In this document: one piece after another, positions 1 through 8,843 of the stretch | How positions within the stretch are numbered: the stretch's first letter is position 1 | Layout of the letters: each line of letters begins with the position of its first letter | Source: a virus | IMG/VR virus record: IMGVR_UViG_3300020202_000017 | DNA: 49,607 bases | Strand: one strand, 5' to 3' | Position numbers and translations under genes: made by a program | The notes under the pieces: model-generated | What the model saw: only the letters and a program-made list of their open reading frames with translations | What the model was told of the DNA's origin: nothing | Database searches by the model: none

Positions 1-127
1 ACGATGGACGACCAGAAGTTCATCGCCCACGGTGGGCTAGGAATAGACGCGTCGGTAATGGTGTCGCCGACGGGGGCTACCGCGACGCTTTCTACCTGGG
101 AGCCGAGGCTGGCCGCGAACGGGTCGA
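1..127. repeat. Terminal direct repeat, copy 1 (identical to 49481-49607); circular-assembly overlap
   Basis: Read base by base: acgatggacgaccagaag...gcgaacgggtcga occurs at both window ends, and the reading frame is continuous across the junction. Confidence 0.9.
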
Positions 128-891
128 CGATTCAAGGCTACATCCCGGTCTATGCCACGCCGGGAACACTTCCGGGCGCAGCTCCTACCGGCGCCGCTGG
201 CGGGGACCTTGGCGGAACGTACCCAAACCCCACCGTCCCAGGCCTGGCCACCAAAGCAGCTACCACCACGACAATGACCGCCGGGGCTGGACTGACCGGC
301 GGCGGAGACCTGAGTGCGAACCGGACGTTCAACGTCGCGGCGGCCGACGGAACCATAATCGTCAACGCAGATTCCATCCAGGTGGGCACGGTCCCGTATG
401 CGCAGATTTCAGGGACGCCTACGGCCCTGCCGCCGAACGGCTCCGCCGGTGGAGACCTCGCCGGCACCTATCCCAATCCGACCCTGGCCAATAAGCCGGT
501 CTCGGTGACGGTATCAGGCTACTTCTCGTCGAGCATCGCAGCGGGAGTGGACGGGTATCTAGTCCCTAGTTCGCTCGGACTGGTGACCGCGGCTCACTAC
601 GTGCCCGCGAACAGCCTGACTTCATACGCGCGTATCAGGATGGACGCGTACGTTGAGTCGAGCGCCGTCGGATTCGGAGAGTCGTTCAACCTGAATCTCC
701 GGAGAAACGACTCCGACATAGCCAGTGGGACCATCCTCATCCAGTTCGGGACCATGGGGCAGGCGTCGGTCGACGTCGCAACAGGGGCCACTAGCAACGC
801 GGACAGGTATTCGTTCCGCTTGCTAGACGGCACCATGGGCGCCACGCCGAGGGCGGTTTCCTTCACCTGGCACGTGACTTTCTACAACTGA
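1..891 (+). CDS. Tail fibre protein, C-terminal 296 codons (continuation of 47126..49607 across the circular junction)
   Basis: Frame 1 is open from base 1 and is in phase with the ORF that runs off the window end. Three GGDLxGTYPNPT-like repeats lie at 199-237, 301-336 and 448-486. Stop TGA at 889-891. Confidence 0.8.
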   Translation, partial: TMDDQKFIAHGGLGIDASVMVSPTGATATLSTWEPRLAANGSTIQGYIPVYATPGTLPGAAPTGAAGGDLGGTYPNPTVPGLATKAATTTTMTAGAGLTGGGDLSANRTFNVAAADGTIIVNADSIQVGTVPYAQISGTPTALPPNGSAGGDLAGTYPNPTLANKPVSVTVSGYFSSSIAAGVDGYLVPSSLGLVTAAHYVPANSLTSYARIRMDAYVESSAVGFGESFNLNLRRNDSDIASGTILIQFGTMGQASVDVATGATSNADRYSFRLLDGTMGATPRAVSFTWHVTFYN

Positions 892-1352
892 TGAAAGCCA
901 CCGTAGAAAAGCCGGTCCGAACCCGCGGGGTAAAGCCCGAAGAGCTGACCACGGCGGTAAACAGGGAGCTCCTGCCGCTTCTTATCCAACTTCGCGAAGC
1001 ACTCAATATCCGCTACATCGCGCCATTCGAGATTACGACCTCCGGCACCGGGGCGTGGACGACCATCTACACATCGGACGACATCCCTGTTGGCCAAGAT
1101 TGGCTCGTAGAAGCAGAGATTAGGGCCAAGGCCACGGGGGCTAGGTCTGCCTGGATTATCCGAGGCCTCTTCTACAACGACGGCACGACTGCCCAGTCCG
1201 GCTCTACGGTCCTCGAGTACGAGCAGAACCTGTCTACGTTCGACGTCCGCTTCTCTGTCGTCGGCAATCACATCACGGTCGACGTCAAGGACAACGGCGT
1301 GTTGTCGGTCGACTGGCTTTGCATCGTCACGCTTCGGGAGAACCCGCGGTGA
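891..1352 (+). CDS. Hypothetical protein, 153 aa, beta-rich
   Basis: The ATG overlaps the fibre stop (TGATG) and its own stop overlaps the TerL GTG (GTGA). It occupies the slot usually held by the small terminase, but the sequence does not look TerS-like (no HTH or coiled coil). Confidence 0.6.
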   Translation: MKATVEKPVRTRGVKPEELTTAVNRELLPLLIQLREALNIRYIAPFEITTSGTGAWTTIYTSDDIPVGQDWLVEAEIRAKATGARSAWIIRGLFYNDGTTAQSGSTVLEYEQNLSTFDVRFSVVGNHITVDVKDNGVLSVDWLCIVTLRENPR

Positions 1353-2854
1353 CGGTCATCTTCGAACCGCACCCTGGGCCACAGACGAAGTTCATGCGCT
1401 TCGATGGGCGGTACGCCCTGTATGGAGGCGCGGCGAACTCCGGCAAGTCTCAGTGCCTCATGTTCGACCCGATGAGGCAGATTGAGGTCGAAACGAAGCG
1501 AGTCAACGCGGGAGAAATCCCGCAGTCAACCGGCAGGGCCATTTACTTCCGGCGCACGATGCCGGAGCTGCGGGAGATGATTGACCGCTCGAAGCGGTAT
1601 TTCCATCTCTGGGGCGCCCAGTGGATTGAGCAGGCCAAGACGTGGACGTTCCCATGTGGCTACAAATACATGTTCGGCCAGATGGAGGAGACCTCCGACT
1701 GGATCAAGTACTACGGCTTTGAGTTCTCGGAAATCATCTTCGACGAGCTCACTACGTTCACAGAAGAGCAGTTCGACCAGATGGATACCCGTCTCCGGTC
1801 GTCTGACCCGGTCCTCAAGAACATGCTTTACATGCGGGCAGGGACTAACCCCGTCGGCATTGGCCTAGAGTGGGTCCGAAAGCGCTTCGTGGAGCCCGCC
1901 CCTCCCGGGACTCCCGTCGTTCGAAGGGTGAAAACTCCAGTCGTCGAGAACGGGATACTCCATTACGAGTACGTCGAGCACAAACAAATCTTCATCCCAG
2001 CCAAGGTCTCCGATAACCCATCGGTAGACCAGGCCCAGTACGCCGCGACGCTCGTAACGAAGTCGAACGCAGTCAAGCGGCAGCTTCTCGACGGCGATTG
2101 GTACGTCGTATCAGGAGCCTTTCTCGCTGACCTCTGGGACCCGAACGTTCACGTCTGCGACCCGTTCCCGATTCCGAAGAGCTGGTACAAGTTCCGGAGC
2201 TGCGACTACGGGTACGCCAATCCCGCCTCGGTGTCTTGGTGGGCCGTGGACCCTGACAACAACTTCGTTTGCTTCCGGAACCTCACGGTCAAGAAGCACA
2301 ACGCGGAGATGCTCGCGGGGCGGATCAAGGAAATCGAGATGGAGCTAGGGCTGTGGGACATCGCCCGCGGCTGCTCGAGGCTAACTGGCCCCCTCGACTA
2401 CGAGGCCATGGCGAACCGGGGGCATATCGGTCCATCCATCGCCGAGACCATGTGGAACGTCGGCGTCCACTGGTTCTCCTGCACCAAGGACCGCAGGGGC
2501 GCAGCAGACCAAATTCGCTGGCGGCTCGCTCGCCGAACTGGGCACCCGACCATCAAAGACAAAGAGACGGGGAAGCCTGCCCTCATCATCCCCGGGATTC
2601 GCTGGTTCAAGACGTGTAAGGACCCGATTCGGACTCTTCCCGTTCTCCCGTCTGACGAGAACGACCCGGAAGTGCCCGACACGAAGGCGGACGACCACAA
2701 CTACGACGACACGTCTTACGCCTGCATGTCCCGCCCTCTCATCCCCGACCGAGAGAAGTCAGACGACGGATTCGACCAGGACGACCTATCCGCGGCTCGG
2801 CAGAAAGTCGCGCGCGGAGGCTCGCGAGGAAAACGCACCGGCTACCTGTGGTGA
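1349..2854 (+). CDS. terL: Terminase large subunit
   Basis: GTG 1349 overlaps the upstream stop (the track ORF opens at TTG 1319). Walker A-like GGAANSGKSQ, Walker B-like EIIFDELT, and C-terminal RNaseH-type acidic motifs (CDYGY, DDHNYDD). Confidence 0.85.
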   Translation: MTVIFEPHPGPQTKFMRFDGRYALYGGAANSGKSQCLMFDPMRQIEVETKRVNAGEIPQSTGRAIYFRRTMPELREMIDRSKRYFHLWGAQWIEQAKTWTFPCGYKYMFGQMEETSDWIKYYGFEFSEIIFDELTTFTEEQFDQMDTRLRSSDPVLKNMLYMRAGTNPVGIGLEWVRKRFVEPAPPGTPVVRRVKTPVVENGILHYEYVEHKQIFIPAKVSDNPSVDQAQYAATLVTKSNAVKRQLLDGDWYVVSGAFLADLWDPNVHVCDPFPIPKSWYKFRSCDYGYANPASVSWWAVDPDNNFVCFRNLTVKKHNAEMLAGRIKEIEMELGLWDIARGCSRLTGPLDYEAMANRGHIGPSIAETMWNVGVHWFSCTKDRRGAADQIRWRLARRTGHPTIKDKETGKPALIIPGIRWFKTCKDPIRTLPVLPSDENDPEVPDTKADDHNYDDTSYACMSRPLIPDREKSDDGFDQDDLSAARQKVARGGSRGKRTGYLW

Positions 2855-2858
2855 CCAC

Positions 2859-5093
2859 ATGGAAACTGAAGAGACCACCAGCGCCCCAATCGACATGCTC
2901 GACCCGATGGCAGAGATGCCAGAGGAGAAGCCGGAACTCCCTCTGACCGCTGCCGTAGACGGCTACGCGCCGGAGTCAGTGAACCTCGCCGACCAGCTCA
3001 CGCCCGAGGAGTCGAGAAAGCTCGTTGACACGGCGATTCAGAACTACGACCGCGACTGGGACTCGTCCACCGAGTATCGGAATCGCCGCGACAACATCCT
3101 TCGCCTCTACCTGGGAATCATGCCTCCCGGGGAAGACGGGGATATGCGGGCCCAGATTCACTACCCCATCATCGCCACGGCCGTACAGCGGATGCAGGCC
3201 CGTACCTACGACCAGCAGTTTCCATCGAACGGAGAATACTTCGGCGTTCGGCCTACCGACGCCATGGACCTCGAACGGTCCGTCCGGGTGGCGAAGCACC
3301 TCAACTGGCAAGTTCAACACCAAATCCCCGAGTACGTTCCGAACCACGACGTCCTCATCCAGCAGTGGTATCTGTACGGCTCGGCGTTCTCCTACCTCTA
3401 CTGGGACCCGGTCAAGAACCGTCCCTGTCACGAGGCGTGCCGAACGGAAGACATCGTTATCTCTTACACGGAGAGGGACACGTCTCCGAGCATGGAGAAC
3501 GTCTCTCGGATAACCCGGATTCTCCGGAAGTACCGACACGAGCTCTACCAGCTCGCCGACCTCGGCTACTACTCGAACATAGAGGGCATCTACAAGGACC
3601 CAGACAAGGAGGCTCCTTCTGGCGATTCCACGGACGACCAGAAAGACCGCCCCATCACAGAGACCATCGACTCGGCCTCTGGAGTCGAAAAGCCAACGGA
3701 CGATTTGTCTGCCCCCCGCAAGCTCATCGAGCAGCATTGCTGGTATCGGCTTCCAGGAGAAAAGCGAGACCGACCAGTCATTATCACGATTGACCTCGCG
3801 TCCCGGACTCTCCTCTGCCTGAAGCTCCGCGAAGACGAGGACCCGGAAGACCGGGCAAGGTACAACCGGGAGAAGAAGGCGAACCAGGCCCAATACGACC
3901 TCGCGATTCAGCAGTACGAGGCCAACATGGCGTCCTACCTCCAGGGCATGCCGGCGCCCGACATGACCGGGATGCCGATGCCTGGCGAGGCGACGCAGAC
4001 CGCCCCCCCTGCCCCGGGCGAGACGACGGCGACCATGCCGGGAATCGACCCGAACATGCCCCAACCGCCTCCGCCGCCGGCCGAGCCGGAAGCCCCGCGG
4101 ATGGTTCCCATCAACTTCTTTACGCACTTCATCTGCATTCCTAACCCGGAAGGCTTCTACGGCCTCGGTATCGGCTTCCTGCTCGAGGGCCACAACATGG
4201 TAGCCGACACGATTGCCTCCCAAATCGTCGACGCTGGGACTCTGGCCAATACGAAGACCTTCATCTACTCGCGGCAGAACAAGCTGACCCGCGGAGAGTG
4301 GAAGATTCGCCCGGGGGCCGGCAACGAGTCGGACCTCAGCCCGCAGGACCTAAAAAACGGCATCTTCATGCTGGACTTCAAGGGCCCTGACGCAGCCCTC
4401 GCCAGCTTCATCAAGGACCAGAAGGAAGAGGCGGAGGCGCTCTCTGGCGCGAACGAGATTCTCTCCGGCGAAGTCGGCGGGTCGAACGAGACCGCCACCA
4501 CGACGCAGATTCGTATCAGCCAAGCCTTGGCGGCCATCTCCATCCAGAACAAGCGCTACACGAGGTCGCGAACCGTCGAGGGACAGAAGCTAGCCCGCCT
4601 GAACTCTGTCCACCTGGGGGACGCGGAGTACTTCACGGTGGTTGACCCGATGAAGATGATTCCCGGCCAGACGCCGGTAATCGACCCCGTGACCGGCCAG
4701 CCGTCACTCCCAGGAGTGACCCAGGAGCCCATCGCCCGCATGGACTACCTGGAAGACGTCGATATCACCGTCACAGCCGACCCGCGCATGGCTTCCCAGC
4801 CCCAGCGCTTCCAGGAGGCATTGAAGGCCTGGGAAATCGTCAACACCTCGCCTCTCCTGGCTCAGAACCCGATGCTGGTCATGGCCTGCGCGAAAAACAT
4901 CTTCGTGGCGATGGACCGGCCAGACCTAGTCGCAACTCTCGGCATGACGCCGATGATGCCGGCGATGCCAGGGCAGCCCCAGGGACAGCCCCCACAGCAG
5001 GGAGGCCCGCCCAAGCCAGAAGACCCGGGGCAAGAAGTTCCGAACGCCGGCCCAACCCCGGCGAATGAACCCTTCATGAACCAAGGAGCGTGA
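2859..5093 (+). CDS. Portal protein (putative)
   Basis: 744-aa ORF starting 5 nt after the TerL stop. Size and position are typical of a portal in P22-like head modules. It carries Pro/Met-rich low-complexity segments. There is no motif-level proof. Confidence 0.7.
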   Translation: METEETTSAPIDMLDPMAEMPEEKPELPLTAAVDGYAPESVNLADQLTPEESRKLVDTAIQNYDRDWDSSTEYRNRRDNILRLYLGIMPPGEDGDMRAQIHYPIIATAVQRMQARTYDQQFPSNGEYFGVRPTDAMDLERSVRVAKHLNWQVQHQIPEYVPNHDVLIQQWYLYGSAFSYLYWDPVKNRPCHEACRTEDIVISYTERDTSPSMENVSRITRILRKYRHELYQLADLGYYSNIEGIYKDPDKEAPSGDSTDDQKDRPITETIDSASGVEKPTDDLSAPRKLIEQHCWYRLPGEKRDRPVIITIDLASRTLLCLKLREDEDPEDRARYNREKKANQAQYDLAIQQYEANMASYLQGMPAPDMTGMPMPGEATQTAPPAPGETTATMPGIDPNMPQPPPPPAEPEAPRMVPINFFTHFICIPNPEGFYGLGIGFLLEGHNMVADTIASQIVDAGTLANTKTFIYSRQNKLTRGEWKIRPGAGNESDLSPQDLKNGIFMLDFKGPDAALASFIKDQKEEAEALSGANEILSGEVGGSNETATTTQIRISQALAAISIQNKRYTRSRTVEGQKLARLNSVHLGDAEYFTVVDPMKMIPGQTPVIDPVTGQPSLPGVTQEPIARMDYLEDVDITVTADPRMASQPQRFQEALKAWEIVNTSPLLAQNPMLVMACAKNIFVAMDRPDLVATLGMTPMMPAMPGQPQGQPPQQGGPPKPEDPGQEVPNAGPTPANEPFMNQGA

Positions 5094-5094
5094 C

Positions 5095-5304
5095 ATGGCT
5101 GAAATCGGAGAGAGCGAGTGGAAAGAGTGGCGAGAGAGCGCCGCTACCAAGGCTTACATGGGTCGCCTAGGCGAGCTGATTTCCGAGACCCAACGCGAGG
5201 CGCTGTTGGCCATTTGCTCGGGAGACGTCACCCGGGCGACGTGCTGTGCGGGAAAGTCGGATGGGTTCAGCACAGCAATTCGCCTTGCCGAGGTGGCGTC
5301 GTGA
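5095..5304 (+). CDS. Hypothetical protein, 69 aa
   Basis: The ATG lies 2 nt after the portal stop, and its stop overlaps the next start (GTGA). Confidence 0.5.
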   Translation: MAEIGESEWKEWRESAATKAYMGRLGELISETQREALLAICSGDVTRATCCAGKSDGFSTAIRLAEVAS

Positions 5305-5744
5305 GCAAGCTGGCCGAGCGGATCAAGAAGTACGGCATCCCCAAAATCCCGGGCCTGCCGAAGGGAAAGGTAGTCCTCGTGTTCCGCCTCCCGGCCGAGG
5401 AAGTGACAGCCGGCGGAATCATCCTGACCGAGGACACAAAGGAGCCGAAGTTCCGTGGCGTATTGCTGGCGGCCGGCTTAACCGCCCGCGACGAGATGCG
5501 CGACCATCTCTTCGAGATTGGCGACATTGTCGAGTTTGGGCGCTTTGCTGGGTGGGAGAAGGAGGTAGAGCGCAGCGCCATGGGCAAGGGGAAGTCCATC
5601 ATCGAGATGAAAATCGAAGACATCAACATCTCTGTCGATGGCCTGGAGCGTTTCGAGAACGACTACACCATCGAGTACGACGAGGAAACCGGCCAACACC
5701 ACTACGAACCGAAGAAAACCACCACCCGAAGAAAGGCTGCCTAA
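5301..5744 (+). CDS. GroES/Cpn10-like co-chaperonin with a C-terminal extension
   Basis: GTG 5301 is coupled by a GTGA overlap. KGKVVLVFRLPAEEVTAGGIILTED..FRGVLLAAG..IGDIVEFGRFAG aligns by eye with GroES (AGGI[VI]L mobile loop, RGxVxAxG, GDxVxF). About 45 extra C-terminal residues. Confidence 0.6.
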   Translation: MSKLAERIKKYGIPKIPGLPKGKVVLVFRLPAEEVTAGGIILTEDTKEPKFRGVLLAAGLTARDEMRDHLFEIGDIVEFGRFAGWEKEVERSAMGKGKSIIEMKIEDINISVDGLERFENDYTIEYDEETGQHHYEPKKTTTRRKAA

Positions 5745-6653
5745 ATGAGCGTCAACGGCGAAGCACTAGAAACCCCCGAAGTCGAGACCGAGGTAGAGAC
5801 TCCCGAAGTCGAGACACCGGAAACCGGCGCGTCGGAGGAAGTCACTCCTATTGACCGCCCGACTCGGGCAGAGAAGCGCGCGGCGCGAGCCGCCGAGAAC
5901 AACGCCCGCCGGGAACTGGACACCATCCGCCAGACGCTCGAGCAAGAGCGAAAGGCCCGAGAAGACGCTGCCCGTGAGCTGGCCGAGCTCAAAGGCTACG
6001 TCCAAAGCCAGCGGGAGAGAGAGACCGCCGGTCGACAGCAGGACGAAACCCAGCAGAAGCTCGCCGAACTCCGCCGCCGGGCCAAGGAGCACCTAAGCGC
6101 CTCGGCCAACGCCAAGAGCCCAGAGGTAGCGGACAGGGAGTTCGACCGTTACCAGGAGCTAAACGAGGAAATCGCCGAGCTTCGAGCGGAGCGGAGACTG
6201 GCCCCCCGCTTTCAGCAGCAGCAGTCCGGAGTGGATCACGCCGTGACCGCGTACGGAATTCAGCTCATGCAGGAATTCCCCGCGCTCAACACAAACGCTG
6301 CCTACAGGCACGCCGTCCAGGGACTCGCGAGCGAATGGGCGCGCGAGAAGAACGCGCAGCATCCGGCTCAATTGCATGCAATCGCTCGCGCAGCAGCGGC
6401 GGAAGTGGCTAAGACCATGGGCGTCGGAGGCCAGGCGCCGCCATCGCAGAAGTCTCGTAGCGCATACAACGGCGTTGCATCCCGAGAAGGCGACCACGGG
6501 GGAGGGGGAACCCCAGTCCAGCGATACAACCCGGCCACGATGAGCAAGGACGAGCGAAAGCTGGCCGAGCAGGCGTTCCCGAAGCTCGACTCCACCCAGG
6601 CCCACAAAGCATGGGCCGCCAAGATGAACGCCCACTTTTCGAAGAAGGAGTAG
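5745..6653 (+). CDS. Scaffolding protein (putative)
   Basis: 302 aa, lying between the portal and capsid genes. Acidic N-terminal tandem repeat (ETPEVETEVETPEVETPE; the 13-nt cccgaagtcgaga occurs at 5775 and 5802) followed by long charged coiled-coil-like helices. Confidence 0.6.
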   Translation: MSVNGEALETPEVETEVETPEVETPETGASEEVTPIDRPTRAEKRAARAAENNARRELDTIRQTLEQERKAREDAARELAELKGYVQSQRERETAGRQQDETQQKLAELRRRAKEHLSASANAKSPEVADREFDRYQELNEEIAELRAERRLAPRFQQQQSGVDHAVTAYGIQLMQEFPALNTNAAYRHAVQGLASEWAREKNAQHPAQLHAIARAAAAEVAKTMGVGGQAPPSQKSRSAYNGVASREGDHGGGGTPVQRYNPATMSKDERKLAEQAFPKLDSTQAHKAWAAKMNAHFSKKE

Positions 6654-6880
6654 CGTTTCTGAGTTGCAGTTTGAAACTATTTGCAGGGAGACCAACAAAC
6701 CAGATTGACTGATTGACGTAGCCGCTGGACCATTGATCAACGACCACAGTTCTTCCCAGGACTGGTTCGGTTGCTGAATCGACCGCCGGGAAACCGGGTC
6801 TGGTTGCCGAAACAGGGAATCGCCCTTGCGCTTGCCGAGCGCAGCACGGAGCGCCCCCGAATCAGGCGACGGAGACCCGA

Positions 6881-7270
6881 ATGCCTCGACGCAAGCGAAT
6901 CGACCCGGTAGACGCCCCGATTGACGGGGACTACGAGAAGCACGTTGTCCTGAACAAGGACAAGGGCAAGCATTACGCCTGGATTCACCCGGACGACCTG
7001 GGTACCGCGAGGGCCCGGGGGATGGTGAAGACCGAGCGGCGAGCGGACGGCCCGAAGAGCCCCGCTGAAATTTACGACGATGGCGATATCCGCGTCGGTG
7101 ACCTGGTGCTCATGGAGCAGCCCAAGGAACTGTACGAGAAGCGCCAGAGGGCCGAGCAGGCCCGCTTCGCTCAACGCATGGGCGGAGAGCAGCAAGCAAT
7201 CCAAGACCACATCCGCCGCACCGGGGGTGCCGGCGAAACCAACAAGTTCCACGTCCAGGTTTCGAACTGA
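6881..7270 (+). CDS. Hypothetical protein, 129 aa
   Basis: ORF following the 227-bp non-coding island. Charged, with no recognisable motif. Confidence 0.5.
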   Translation: MPRRKRIDPVDAPIDGDYEKHVVLNKDKGKHYAWIHPDDLGTARARGMVKTERRADGPKSPAEIYDDGDIRVGDLVLMEQPKELYEKRQRAEQARFAQRMGGEQQAIQDHIRRTGGAGETNKFHVQVSN

Positions 7271-7283
7271 GGAGCGCTGACCA

Positions 7284-7922
7284 ATGGCAAACGTCACTCT
7301 AGGCGGGTTCCGGGTCTGGGGGACCCTGACCGGCGGACCTGGTGTCATTCCCCACCCAATCGTCGCTGAGGTCGCGAGCGGCTACGCAACTGCCCTCGCG
7401 GTCGGCGACATCATCATCCCGGTCTCTGACGGGACCGTGGCTCGCGCGGCTGCCTCTGACAACGGAAAGTTGCTGGGCGTCATTATCGGCATGTCGAAGG
7501 TGGTCTCTGGCAAACGCCAGCCCACCAACTACATTGCCGCCTCGTCGACGTTCTCCCCCTCGACGGTCGGTTCGCCCAATGCGAACTACGTCGAATACGT
7601 CCCCCTTACCGGGGATGTGGTTCTCGAGGTCGACGCCGACGACGGGACCACGGCAACGACCATCGCCGGTCAAATCGGGCTCATCGGCGAGAACGCCGAC
7701 CTTGCGACTGGGACGGCAAACGCGACTACCGGCGTGTCGGGCTTCGCCCTGGACATCTCGACCCACGCCACCACGGCGGCGAACTTCCGAATCATCACGA
7801 TCAACGGGTACACGACCGAAGGCCTCCAGTTGGTCGACAACGACCCGACGGCCACTCGGTTCAAGTTCCTCGTGACCTGTAACGAGGGCTTCCTTCCCCC
7901 CTACACCACGACGGGAATCTAA
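7284..7922 (+). CDS. Capsid decoration/cement protein candidate, 212 aa
   Basis: GAGGAG RBS upstream and located immediately before the major capsid gene. Gly/Ala/Thr-rich beta-type sequence (..ALAVGDIIIPVSDGTVARAAAS..LLGVIIG..) reminiscent of DUF2190-like head proteins. Confidence 0.35.
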   Translation: MANVTLGGFRVWGTLTGGPGVIPHPIVAEVASGYATALAVGDIIIPVSDGTVARAAASDNGKLLGVIIGMSKVVSGKRQPTNYIAASSTFSPSTVGSPNANYVEYVPLTGDVVLEVDADDGTTATTIAGQIGLIGENADLATGTANATTGVSGFALDISTHATTAANFRIITINGYTTEGLQLVDNDPTATRFKFLVTCNEGFLPPYTTTGI

Positions 7923-7931
7923 GGAGCCGCC

Positions 7932-8834
7932 ATGCCGACGCCGGTTACTACCAACAACATCTCCTCGACTCTCAAGCCGACCCTGGACATCGTCTGGGGA
8001 GACCAGGTCAAGGGAAAGCTCGACTGGGAACAGTGCGGGTTCAAGGTCTCCAATACCACGGACGCCTACGTCGACGACCAGGAGTTCGCGCACACCGGCA
8101 TCATGCCGGCCAAGGCACAGGGCGCGATGATGGCCATCGACTCAGGGCAAGAGGGTTACTCGAAGCGGTACACGATAGTGACGTACGCGCTCCGCACGGT
8201 GGTGTCGCAGGAAGCCATCTCGGATTGCAAGTACGACCAGGCCATTAGCGATACGAAGTCGATTGCCCGCTCCGGGAAGCTCACCCAGGAGTTCCAAGCC
8301 GCCTCGGTCTTCATCAACTCCTTCTCCAGTTCCTACGTTGGCGGGGATGACAAGGCGCTCTGCGCCTCTGACCACCCGCTACCTAAGGGCGGAACGGCCT
8401 CCAACACCCTCTCGACGCCGATGTCTCTCTCGGAGACGGCTATCGAGACGATGTGGGCGGCCATGCAGAAGCTCCCCGGCTCGAACGGCTACATTCAGTC
8501 CGGTTACGAGCTCAAGAAGCTTGTCGTCCCGAAAGAACTTTGGTTCCGGGCGAACCGAATCCTGAAGTCCGAGCTTCAGAACGACACCGCCAACAACGCG
8601 AAGAACATCCTCAAGGGGATGGGCATCGAGATTGGCTCTAACCGTTACTTCACCAGCACCACGAACTGGTGGGGCGTTTCGGACCTCGACTCTGGCCTCC
8701 GCTTCATCTGGCGGGAAAAGCTGAAGTTCGACGAGGAGAACACCGCCTCGAACCTGACCAAGTCCTTCTACGGCTACCAGCGCTTCGCGGCGGGCTGGAC
8801 CGACTGGCGAGACGTCTACGGCTCGAGCATCTGA
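7932..8834 (+). CDS. Major capsid protein (HK97-fold inferred)
   Basis: 300 aa with a strong AAGGAG RBS, positioned after the scaffold. The sequence style is typical of small HK97-type coat proteins (ends ..AAGWTDWRDVYGSSI). Confidence 0.65.
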   Translation: MPTPVTTNNISSTLKPTLDIVWGDQVKGKLDWEQCGFKVSNTTDAYVDDQEFAHTGIMPAKAQGAMMAIDSGQEGYSKRYTIVTYALRTVVSQEAISDCKYDQAISDTKSIARSGKLTQEFQAASVFINSFSSSYVGGDDKALCASDHPLPKGGTASNTLSTPMSLSETAIETMWAAMQKLPGSNGYIQSGYELKKLVVPKELWFRANRILKSELQNDTANNAKNILKGMGIEIGSNRYFTSTTNWWGVSDLDSGLRFIWREKLKFDEENTASNLTKSFYGYQRFAAGWTDWRDVYGSSI

Positions 8835-8843
8835 GGAGACCCC

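Noticed and set aside
1-127. The terminal 127-bp repeat read as a biological direct terminal repeat, LTR or att duplication.
   Set aside because: An exact repeat at the two window ends with a reading frame running straight through it is what circular-contig assembly overlap produces. Nothing in the sequence (no ends, no flanking host DNA) supports a real DTR or an integrated state.
2976-4223. A 415-aa minus-strand ORF antisense to the portal gene. Similar long antisense ORFs occur at 8379-9887, 12906-14366, 17000-18484, 19228-20127 and 30699-31676.
   Set aside because: These are Arg/Gly/Pro/Val-rich shadow ORFs, typical of the antisense frame of GC-rich coding DNA. Each fully overlaps a better-supported plus-strand gene that has motifs, RBSs and translational coupling.
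5118-5744. The long 208-aa version of the GroES-like ORF starting at 5118.
   Set aside because: Its first 61 codons overlap the well-placed 69-aa ORF 5095-5304 in another frame and look like shadow sequence. GTG 5301 gives a GTGA-coupled start and a GroES-sized N-terminus.
5766-5822. Tandem nucleotide repeats read as a possible CRISPR-like or VNTR element.
   Set aside because: This is an in-frame 27-nt coding repeat (PEVETEVET) in the scaffold N-terminus. There are no spacer-repeat arrays anywhere in the window.
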